From Candidatus Wolfebacteria bacterium GW2011_GWB1_47_1 (GTDB lineage: Bacteria; Patescibacteriota; Minisyncoccia; UBA6257; UBA9933): DNA of 64,000 nt. The stretch is from assembly GCA_001029635.1 (NCBI GenBank), contig CP011209.1, forward strand, positions 222,866 to 286,865. Direction: 5' to 3'. Shown in pieces: positions 56,584-64,000 of this stretch; the first letter of the stretch is position 1, and each line of letters begins with the position of its first letter. The translations under genes and the position numbers were made by a program. The notes below the pieces were generated by a model that was not told the DNA's origin, made no database searches, and worked only from the letters and a program-made list of their open reading frames with translations.

Positions 56584-57342
56584 CTACTGTGCCGGCTGTA
56601 CCTTCATTAGCTTGACGGAGATGAGGTGCCAGTCGAGGATCCACCAAGCGGCCCCGGCGAACCCACCGAGAAGGGCGTTGCCCGAGTAATGACCGATGGC
56701 AACACCGAGAGCAACATCGAGACCGAAGAGGACCCGCTCATGCGAATGAACGAGGCGGTAGAGATGGTAGAGGAATCGCCACCCGAGTTCGGATCCCTTT
56801 TCGGTGATCCAGGCGACTACGCGAAGTGAGTAGAATATGCCCAGTGGAAGTGTCCGGATCGCGAAGGGGATCGGGTGCATCCATCGAATAATGGTAGACA
56901 TATCTTCAATGTGCATCTGTGTCCCGGCGTCCGTTTTGGAATCCGAGGGGGTCATCCAGACCAGAAAGATCCCCATAAAGAATCCGCCATAGGAAGCCAT
57001 TAGAAGACACTCGCTGACATGAGTGAGAGGGAAAATGAGCAGGCTAATCGCACCAAAGCAGATAAGCCCTGTGCATACGCCTGCGCCGAATGTGTAAAAG
57101 GCGCAGCACGCAAAACGCTTAAGCCTCCCCGTTGTCGGAATGAACGTTCCTACTTCGGCGCAGCTGCTAGCGAGCGCGACCGGAATCGCACCGAGAAAGC
57201 TTCGGATGTCGTACCCGATGTACCCGGAGATGAAGCCGAAGATCAGTCCGATCCACCAGAGTGCTTCGAACTGTTTGGCGACAATCGCCCCGACGAAACT
57301 CAACAGAAAAGCAAAGAAGATTCGCTCCATGTTCTTACTCAT
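56584..57342 (-). CDS. hypothetical multi-pass membrane protein (tandem paralog 2)
   Basis: Same RBS and start context; identical terminator hairpin AAGGCCGCGACTCAGTCGCGGCCTT downstream. Confidence 0.55.
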   Translation of the reverse strand: MSKNMERIFFAFLLSFVGAIVAKQFEALWWIGLIFGFISGYIGYDIRSFLGAIPVALASSCAEVGTFIPTTGRLKRFACCAFYTFGAGVCTGLICFGAISLLIFPLTHVSECLLMASYGGFFMGIFLVWMTPSDSKTDAGTQMHIEDMSTIIRWMHPIPFAIRTLPLGIFYSLRVVAWITEKGSELGWRFLYHLYRLVHSHERVLFGLDVALGVAIGHYSGNALLGGFAGAAWWILDWHLISVKLMKVQPAQ

Positions 57343-57443
57343 AATCACTCCTCCCGTTTAATTGTTGCCCCACGAATGGGGTATGTTGTTCTGGAATTAT
57401 TAAACAAAATAGCTTGATAAATGTCAAATTTTTAAGCTGAGTA

Positions 57444-57536
57444 GTCATTCCCGCGAATGCGGGAATCCAGCATTGTATAGATTCCCGCCGGAGTTTACCC
57501 CCGTACGCTGATACGGGGCCTGAGTGCGGGAATGAC
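57444..57536. repeat. palindromic intergenic repeat, GTCATTCCCGC-family, copy C (composite)
   Basis: Begins GTCATTCCCGCGAATGCGGGAATCCAG... and ends ...GTGCGGGAATGAC. The left part resembles copy B; the internal segment ATTCCCGCCGGAGTTTA resembles copy A. Confidence 0.8.
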
Positions 57537-57604
57537 AGAGCTCGCGCATCCCGTTAGTTGTTATTGGTTGTAGGTTATAGGTTAATTCCCGTATACTATA
57601 GGCA

Positions 57605-58186
57605 ATGATCTATTCGGTATCGGGGACAATAATGGCAAAAAAAGAGGGATTTGTGGTGATACAAGCAGGAGGTGTGGGCTATAAGATTGCCATGGCTTCC
57701 GCTGACGCCGCACGGCTACCTGCAGTTGGGGCGATCACTAATCTTTTTTGCTCATTCGTCCTCAAGAAGGATGCGATGGAGCTGTACGGATTTTTGACCG
57801 AGCGGGACTTGGATATGTTTGATCTGGTTACGACCATTAATGGCGTGGGGCCAAAGACCGCACAGGGAATATTGGGCGTTGTGGGGACAGATACGCTTTT
57901 GGCGGCGGTAGAACAGAAAAAAGTAGATGTATTGGCAGAATTTCCGGGTGTTGGGAAGAAAAAGGCAGAGCGTATTGTTTTGGAGCTGCGTGATAAAATA
58001 AAAAAGATGACGGGCGGAGAGAATATTGAATTTCATGAAGGAGATGGCGATATCAAGGCAGCATTGAAGAATCTCGGGTATAGGCAAAACGAGATAGATG
58101 AGGCGATTAAGCAGATCTCGGGCGAAACGCAGGGGACCGAAGCACGACTCAAGGCCGCATTGAAGTTGATAGGAAAACATAAATGA
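57605..58186 (+). CDS. ruvA: Holliday junction branch migration protein RuvA
   Basis: GGVGYKI..., helix-hairpin-helix INGVGPKTAQGIL; 193 aa. Confidence 0.85.
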   Translation: MIYSVSGTIMAKKEGFVVIQAGGVGYKIAMASADAARLPAVGAITNLFCSFVLKKDAMELYGFLTERDLDMFDLVTTINGVGPKTAQGILGVVGTDTLLAAVEQKKVDVLAEFPGVGKKKAERIVLELRDKIKKMTGGENIEFHEGDGDIKAALKNLGYRQNEIDEAIKQISGETQGTEARLKAALKLIGKHK

Positions 58187-59520
58187 CCATGGAAAAGATA
58201 TTAAGAATAGGAAGGAAAATAATTCCGCAGCCGATTTTCGAATTTTTTCAGCCCGTGTATCATTATCTGCTTGCACTCACTGGTGCAGTGATTTATGGAT
58301 TCCCTTCGAAAGGCATGATAGTCATCGGGGTTACGGGAACAAAGGGAAAGACGACCACTTCTAACTTGATCGCGCATGTATTGAATGAGTCGGGTCATAA
58401 GACGGGGCTGGCAACCACCGTTAATTTTAGAATTGGAGAGAAGGAATGGATGAACGAATACAAGCAGACTATGGTCGGCCGATTTCGGCTGCAGCGATTG
58501 TTGTGGCAGATGAAGAAAGCGGGGTGTGAATATGCAGTCGTAGAAACATCTTCGGAAGGAATTTTACAATACAGACATCGGTTCATCGATTATGATGTAG
58601 CGGTATTCACCAATCTCTCCCCCGAGCACATTGAACGGCACAAGGGATTCGAGAATTACCGCGAGGCAAAGGTGAAGCTGTTCAAGAAATTGTCCCGCAA
58701 AAAGAAGGGCATCGGCGTGTATAATCTCGACGACGAGCACGTGAAGCATTTCTTGGACGTTCCGCAATTTATGCAGTACGGATATACGCTTTCGCACGAC
58801 CGCGCGCACGAGTATCGTGATCTGCGGCATATAGTGGAAATAAAGAACGTAAAATTGCAGGCGGCAGGTTCGGAATTCGACGTGAAGGATGCGCATTATA
58901 CGCTTCCGTTGATCGGTGAATTTAATGTGCAAAATGCCGGCGCGGCAATCTGTGTCGCGCTGTCCCAGGGGATTGAGATGGGTGTCATAGGAAGGGTATT
59001 GGCGAACATGCGCACCGTCCCGGGGCGAATGGAGGTTATTAATAAAGGGCAGAATTTTTCGGTGATTGTAGACTATGCGTATGAACCGAAAAGTTTGGAA
59101 GCAGTATACAGCGCGATTATAGGCCTTGGATTAAAGAAGGAGGGAAGTCGAATGATCTGCTTATTTGGCGGCACGGGAGGGGGCCGTGATATATGGAGGC
59201 GTCCGGTGATGGGGAAGATCGCCGCAAGCTATTGCGACGAGATCATGCTCACGAATGACGACCCATACGATGATGACCAGATGCAGATAATTAATGAGAT
59301 TAAACAAGGAATCTCAGAAGAATCATTCGATCATGCGCATGTGCATGTGATGCTTGATCGACGCGAAGCGATCAAGAAAGCCTTTGCGATGGCGAAGGAG
59401 GGGGATACCGTCGTGTTAACCGGAAAGGGAGGAGAATTGGTGATGTGTATGGAAGACGGCAAAAAGATCCCATGGGATGAGAAGAAGGTGGTGGAAGAAG
59501 AGCTTGAGCAATTGAATTAA
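58183..59520 (+). CDS. Mur ligase family protein (MurE-like)
   Basis: P-loop VIGVTGTKGKTTT, Mur-ligase central and C-terminal patterns; ATGA coupling with ruvA; terminator downstream. Confidence 0.6.
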   Translation: MTMEKILRIGRKIIPQPIFEFFQPVYHYLLALTGAVIYGFPSKGMIVIGVTGTKGKTTTSNLIAHVLNESGHKTGLATTVNFRIGEKEWMNEYKQTMVGRFRLQRLLWQMKKAGCEYAVVETSSEGILQYRHRFIDYDVAVFTNLSPEHIERHKGFENYREAKVKLFKKLSRKKKGIGVYNLDDEHVKHFLDVPQFMQYGYTLSHDRAHEYRDLRHIVEIKNVKLQAAGSEFDVKDAHYTLPLIGEFNVQNAGAAICVALSQGIEMGVIGRVLANMRTVPGRMEVINKGQNFSVIVDYAYEPKSLEAVYSAIIGLGLKKEGSRMICLFGGTGGGRDIWRRPVMGKIAASYCDEIMLTNDDPYDDDQMQIINEIKQGISEESFDHAHVHVMLDRREAIKKAFAMAKEGDTVVLTGKGGELVMCMEDGKKIPWDEKKVVEEELEQLN

Positions 59521-59584
59521 AACATCCGCGCGTCTAAGACGCGCGGATGTTTTTAATATATGGTATAATAGACCAATAATTAAA

Positions 59585-59709
59585 TACCAAGGAAAGCAAA
59601 GACCCACGTGTGTATGACTCCGAATGGTTGCCCTTGAATCGTGGCGAGTTGACTGGCAAAACCGACCTAAGAAATCTACTATGTATAGTTGATTTAGGGT
59701 TGGTTTTTA
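59585..59709 (+). promoter_or_regulatory. conserved ~125-nt 5' leader (copy 1) with a terminator-like hairpin; candidate riboswitch/attenuator
   Basis: Near-identical to 62606..62731; preceded by extended -10 TGGTATAAT (about 59564-59572); ends in AAACCGACC...GGTTGGTTTTT hairpin plus T-run just before the ATG at 59716. Confidence 0.5.
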
Positions 59710-59715
59710 CATCAT

Positions 59716-61131
59716 ATGAATATGAAAAAACAGATAGGTATCATAGGAGTATTAGTAATGGTGTCATTTTTACCCCTAACTAAAGTGCATGCGGGTTGGC
59801 AGCAGACCCTCGAGAGTAGATTTGCTATTGTGGAAACGTTTGATGAATTGCAGGATTGGACCCCGGGCGGACAGTTTTATTCTATGGCAGGCTGTGAGAC
59901 GTGCGCTTCTAATCTTACGCTTCCTAAAAAAAATGATGGCAGCAATTCGATATGGACCTTTTGGAATAATAAAGGTATATCGTTCCAGTACACTCCGGGA
60001 AATGGAACGTTTGTAAGGGGGGATGTTATTACGGGAAGCACTTCTGGCGCCACGGAAACTATTGAGAGGGTTTGGGTACTTGAAGGTAAAAGCTATATTC
60101 AAATAACAAGCACGGATGGTACTAATAAGATTTCAGATTTTGTGGTCGGGGAAAATATCACGAGTGGATCAAAAACTGGGACAAACCTCCAGTGGCCGCT
60201 TTTTATTGCCGATCACGGACCCTCTCATACATGGAGAGGAACCGGAAAGTCATTAATGATGGATCTGGGAGACAACAATGCGAATGATTTAAATCCTAGT
60301 ATGGAAGGAATTGGAGCTCAAAGAATGGGTTTATATTTTGGAGATGGCATCAGCGGTAAAAGTGGATTCAAAAAAGCCCATGTTTTCTTTATGGTAAAAT
60401 TAAACCCGGAGTTTTTTAGTCCTTGCGTTAATCCGGGGACTCAGTGCCTTGTTGATGGATATGATACGGTTTCGGTTATAAAAATGTTTGATTTAAATTC
60501 GGGATTTACGGATATCACAACATGGGGAAATAGCGCAGATCGCGCCCTGGTTGATCCTAATCATGCAAATTACCCAAGACTCGATGAATATGGGTTAAAT
60601 TTTAGCGTATTCAATCTGTATGGCGGCGGAAGTACGTTTCCTGAGAGTACATTTTTCATACAAGCTGGGCATGTGGCAAATCCCTCAGGGGCACCCTCGC
60701 TGTATACGTATCTTCAAACAATTAGTAATGTCCGGATGCGCAATGGAACATCCATGGATGTAGATGGCTTCTCTGAAAATAATCAATGGTTTGGAGTGGA
60801 AATGGCTCAGGATATAGGAACAGTTAATACGACTGACGGAACGACTGAGTTTTGGATTTATGATCAAGATGGGATATTGAAAGGGTATTATGTGGCAACC
60901 GGTGAAAACCATCTCAAGGTTTTTGACCATTATTATAACAAGTTTGTTTTTGGCGGTAATCGCTTAAGTGCTCATGACGGTACCGGAGGGTTGGATGCCA
61001 GGTGGTGGGTAGATGATCTTATAATCTCCGGCACCCAGATCGGTCCGACATACTTTTCAACCCTCGCTTCGTTCCAGGGACCTGCTGATGTAACCGCGCC
61101 TGCCGCGCCTAGCGGATTGAGTGTTATATAA
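59716..61131 (+). CDS. secreted hypothetical protein, paralog A (possible beta-jelly-roll/ConA-like fold)
   Basis: Signal peptide ...KVHA; conserved blocks GWQQTLES...FDEL.DW, IADHG..WR..GKSLMM.LGDN, GIGAQR.G...GDG..GKSG.KK.HVF.MVK, FDHYYNK...GGNR, WVDD; C-terminal APSGLSVI. Confidence 0.6.
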   Translation: MNMKKQIGIIGVLVMVSFLPLTKVHAGWQQTLESRFAIVETFDELQDWTPGGQFYSMAGCETCASNLTLPKKNDGSNSIWTFWNNKGISFQYTPGNGTFVRGDVITGSTSGATETIERVWVLEGKSYIQITSTDGTNKISDFVVGENITSGSKTGTNLQWPLFIADHGPSHTWRGTGKSLMMDLGDNNANDLNPSMEGIGAQRMGLYFGDGISGKSGFKKAHVFFMVKLNPEFFSPCVNPGTQCLVDGYDTVSVIKMFDLNSGFTDITTWGNSADRALVDPNHANYPRLDEYGLNFSVFNLYGGGSTFPESTFFIQAGHVANPSGAPSLYTYLQTISNVRMRNGTSMDVDGFSENNQWFGVEMAQDIGTVNTTDGTTEFWIYDQDGILKGYYVATGENHLKVFDHYYNKFVFGGNRLSAHDGTGGLDARWWVDDLIISGTQIGPTYFSTLASFQGPADVTAPAAPSGLSVI

Positions 61132-61143
61132 CATATAGTAGAC

Positions 61144-62571
61144 ATGTCTAAAAAAGGAAAAAAGGTAATCACGATAACGCTATTGGGTTTTCTATACATA
61201 GTATCGCCAATAGATGCACATGCCGGTTGGCAGCAGACACTTGAAAGCAATTTTGATATTGCGGAGACATTCGATGAATTGAAGGATTGGGGTGCTAATG
61301 GACTTTATCCATCAGGATCAGGCGATTCCCGGGCGTATGACCCCGCCCTGCTCCCCAAGAAAATAGACGGCAGTGCTTCGCGCTGGGGATATTGGAATAA
61401 TAAGTATCCGACGGCGATTGTTGGAGCTATAAACAACGGACCGTTTCAGACTGGAGAAACGGTGACAAACGGCTTGGGGGCAAATTGGGAATATAGACAA
61501 ACCTATGTCATTGATGGAGTAACATATATACGGCTGCAGGATGCCATCTATGGACAGAGTGTCGGAGCATTTCAAGTAGGGCATACGATCAGGGGTCTTG
61601 CGTCGGGTGCAACCGCCACTATTACTGCCTGGCCTAAGATCATTGCCGATCACGGAACGAATAAATGGAGAAGTGAAGGGAAGTCGCTCATGATGAATCT
61701 TGGGGATAATGATAATGCTGATGGCGCAATGGCAGGGATCGGCGCGCAGCGATTGGGGATGTTTTTGGGAGATGGAGCGACGGGGAAAAGCGGATATAAA
61801 AAAGTCCATGTATTCATGATGGTGAAGTTTGCACCCACCTATTTCGGAGCGAGCGGCAATCAGGCTGATATAGATTACGTACGGGTATTCAAGTTCGTGG
61901 ATGTATGTTCGGGATTTACGCGAATCGACGAATTTGGCACACCGGCAGAACAGCAATTTATCGAACAGACAGCGCAAACAGCTACCGAGTATGGGGCTAA
62001 TTGCTCTGTCGTGAATGTGAATGGCGGAGGATTATCAAATGCGGGGAGGGCATGGTACACGGAGATCATTGCAACGGCAACGCCGACACCCGACATCGTT
62101 CCTCCGAGCATACAAACATATTACGGGAAGAGTCGTTTGCCGATGGATATGTTTAATAATGACGTGGCATATCAAAGTCGGGGAGCTGACTTTAATACGA
62201 TATACGATACGGGGAAAGCTGCGGGGGAATGGATTGGTCTCGAGATAATTATGGATATAGGGACGACCAATGCAAGCAATGGAAGCACGGAATTATTCAT
62301 ATATGACAAGCAGGGGGTAGTACGAGGGCATTTTACCGCGACCGGATTGTCGAAGCTGGTTTATTTCGATCATTACTACAATAAGATAACACTGGGCGGG
62401 AATAGAAGGACGGGTCCTTCAACGAGTAATACGGATGGCCGATATTGGGTTGATGATTTTATCGTGGATGATGCGCGTATTGGTCTAAAGTATTTTGCCG
62501 CTCTGGCGGCATCACAAGGACCGGTAGATGGAGTAGCCCCCTCTGTCCCGACAGGGTTAAGTGTCCATTGA
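61144..62571 (+). CDS. secreted hypothetical protein, paralog B
   Basis: Same conserved blocks as paralog A; 13-nt gap from A (operon); C-terminal PTGLSVH. Confidence 0.6.
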   Translation: MSKKGKKVITITLLGFLYIVSPIDAHAGWQQTLESNFDIAETFDELKDWGANGLYPSGSGDSRAYDPALLPKKIDGSASRWGYWNNKYPTAIVGAINNGPFQTGETVTNGLGANWEYRQTYVIDGVTYIRLQDAIYGQSVGAFQVGHTIRGLASGATATITAWPKIIADHGTNKWRSEGKSLMMNLGDNDNADGAMAGIGAQRLGMFLGDGATGKSGYKKVHVFMMVKFAPTYFGASGNQADIDYVRVFKFVDVCSGFTRIDEFGTPAEQQFIEQTAQTATEYGANCSVVNVNGGGLSNAGRAWYTEIIATATPTPDIVPPSIQTYYGKSRLPMDMFNNDVAYQSRGADFNTIYDTGKAAGEWIGLEIIMDIGTTNASNGSTELFIYDKQGVVRGHFTATGLSKLVYFDHYYNKITLGGNRRTGPSTSNTDGRYWVDDFIVDDARIGLKYFAALAASQGPVDGVAPSVPTGLSVH

Positions 62572-62605
62572 GGATTGTATGGTATACTGAATTAAACACA
62601 ATCCC

Positions 62606-62731
62606 ATACCAAGGAAAGCAAAGACCCACGTGTGTATGACTCCGAATGGTTGCCCTTGAATCGTGGCGAGTTGACTGGCAAAACCGACCTAAGAAATCTA
62701 CTATGTATAGTTGATTTGGGGTCGGTTTTTA
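62606..62731 (+). promoter_or_regulatory. conserved ~125-nt 5' leader (copy 2)
   Basis: About 97% identical to 59585..59709; preceded by TGGTATACT; hairpin AAACCGACC...GGTCGGTTTTT (perfect stem) before the ATG at 62750. Confidence 0.5.
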
Positions 62732-62749
62732 TTACAAATAAGCAAATAA

Positions 62750-63889
62750 ATGACAAGAAAAATTATACAAGGCATGTTGATTGTAGGAAGTCTGGTTATT
62801 GTGCCGGAGCTTTCAAGCGCAGCTGTCGTTTTCGAGACTGATTTTGAGGATGTGCAGGATTGGACACTTGGACGACCGCCAGTAGGATCTTCATACGCTT
62901 GTCAGCCTGGGAATTGCAGCGGAATTCAGCCGCCAAAGAAAAGTGATAACACTAATGCGTATGATGTTTTTAGATCGTCACCTTCTTGGTTTTCCGATCC
63001 ATACATCACAAATATGGCAGAAATTAAAAATGGTTACGGTAGAGAGAGTGGAAGAGGTTTGCAATACAATGTTGAAGTATCTGGTTGCATCGGAAGCGAA
63101 TGTTATGCAAACGGAACTCCGATGGGCGTTTGGCTCGGATACGAAGGCTATAAGGATTTATACGTCAGGTTTTATGTTAAATATTCTCCTGGTTGGAAGT
63201 GGACCAATGATAGCATATCGCCAAACACCGCAGCGTATCAAAAATTCTTAGAATTTGCGGTTTATAATGGAACAGTGGGGGATGGCAAGATGGATGGCCC
63301 TCGGGCAACAACAGCACTCGGTGGAGAATTGATGCCAATCTGGATTGTTAATTGGTACCAGTATATTACGGTTACGCCTAGTTATACTATTTTTCAAAAT
63401 AGCGAACGGTATGCTCCGGATTATAGTTATAATAATGCGACTAATGATTTTCATTCCATGAATCCCTCGCTGTATCCCATTGCGCCCCCTATGATGCCAA
63501 GCCCTCCTTTTCCAGCTGGTCATCAAGCTAGAAGTGTTCTTTGGCCAACTGATAATGAATGGCATAGTTATGAATTTCGGGCGAGGCTTAATGATGTCGC
63601 GGGGTTGCCGGAAGGAGGGCTTTCAGAGTTTTGGCTCGATGGAATAAAAGTATGGAGTAAAAGCGGTATAATCTGGGTCAAGGCTGGTGGATCACTGGAG
63701 AGGGGATGGAATAGGATTAACATTCTGGATAATAGTGATATAGCGTCTTACTCGAGAGAGGATCATATGACCATGTCGATGTATATTGATGATGTGGCTA
63801 TAAGTACAAATTACATCGGACCGGATTATGGTATTGGAGGAGTTGATGCAACAGCTCCGGCCTCGCCAACGGGATTGAGTGTGGAGTAA
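62750..63889 (+). CDS. secreted hypothetical protein, paralog C (more divergent)
   Basis: Signal peptide ...LSSAAVVFETDFEDVQDW; shares the N-terminal FxxxDW block and the C-terminal ...APASPTGLSVE with paralogs A and B. Confidence 0.55.
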   Translation: MTRKIIQGMLIVGSLVIVPELSSAAVVFETDFEDVQDWTLGRPPVGSSYACQPGNCSGIQPPKKSDNTNAYDVFRSSPSWFSDPYITNMAEIKNGYGRESGRGLQYNVEVSGCIGSECYANGTPMGVWLGYEGYKDLYVRFYVKYSPGWKWTNDSISPNTAAYQKFLEFAVYNGTVGDGKMDGPRATTALGGELMPIWIVNWYQYITVTPSYTIFQNSERYAPDYSYNNATNDFHSMNPSLYPIAPPMMPSPPFPAGHQARSVLWPTDNEWHSYEFRARLNDVAGLPEGGLSEFWLDGIKVWSKSGIIWVKAGGSLERGWNRINILDNSDIASYSREDHMTMSMYIDDVAISTNYIGPDYGIGGVDATAPASPTGLSVE

Positions 63890-64000
63890 AAAATTCATAA
63901 CGTTCATCAGGTTTGCGATGTTCGGTAAAATGCAAAAACAAATTTTCAAAATCTTTCTTCTATTTGTGATGTTTTTCATGCTGCCAAATTTTGCAAATGC

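Noticed and set aside
62632-62841. 69-aa ORF inside the duplicated leader
   Set aside because: It begins inside the conserved leader or terminator hairpin and overlaps the start of paralog C. The equivalent region in leader copy 1 has no matching ORF.
61100-63889. Stop-codon readthrough or alternative genetic code at the GLSV-x termini of the secreted paralogs
   Set aside because: The three genes end with TAA, TGA and TAA. TGA and TAA clearly function as stops in adjacent well-conserved genes, and downstream sequence starts the next gene or leader.

Overview
This 64-kb window reads as a chromosomal segment from a small-genome, low-GC bacterium. Short operons, N-terminally anchored solute-binding proteins, T4SS-pilin-like small proteins, a split ComEC and an AspRS without the GAD insertion suggest a CPR/Parcubacteria-like lineage; this is inference. 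Housekeeping genes called with good support are gyrA, rpsA, rplS, rluA-family, a corrinoid adenosyltransferase, comEC (split), aspS, ndk, rpmB, metG, tatD-family, uppP, gatC, gatA, holA-like, trmD, rpsO, pnp, rpsT, ruvA and a Mur ligase, plus three tRNAs (Leu-TAG, Leu-GAG, Pro-GGG). Accessory content is dense. (1) A ~1.2-kb segment next to tRNA-Leu is bounded by 17-bp direct repeats, one of which is the 5' end of a truncated tRNA fragment. It carries a wHTH + Cas2-like-domain gene flanked by two identical 38-bp perfect palindromes; no CRISPR array is present. (2) Three tandem T4SS-pilin-like small membrane proteins lie downstream of an orphan family-1 sugar-binding protein. (3) A three-gene + strand operon of unknown function includes an HExxH-motif protein. 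(4) Five divergently transcribed TrmB-family regulator / LivJ-like binding-protein cassettes are interleaved with one set of livH-livM-livG-livF. That operon has been invaded by a four-helix-bundle gene, an HTH-Panacea/HigB-like toxin-antitoxin pair and an orphan MazF-like toxin. (5) A dispersed family of GTCATTCCCGC...GCGGGAATGAC palindromic intergenic repeats has three copies. (6) A membrane-protein gene is tandemly duplicated together with its terminator. (7) Three paralogous secreted proteins end in a shared P-x-G-L-S-V motif. Two of their transcription units carry a near-identical ~125-nt leader with an extended -10 promoter and a terminator-like hairpin, a candidate riboswitch or attenuator. 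Several small GC-rich ORFans stand out compositionally. No rRNA and no CRISPR array were found. Protein-family calls rest on remembered motifs, not database searches.
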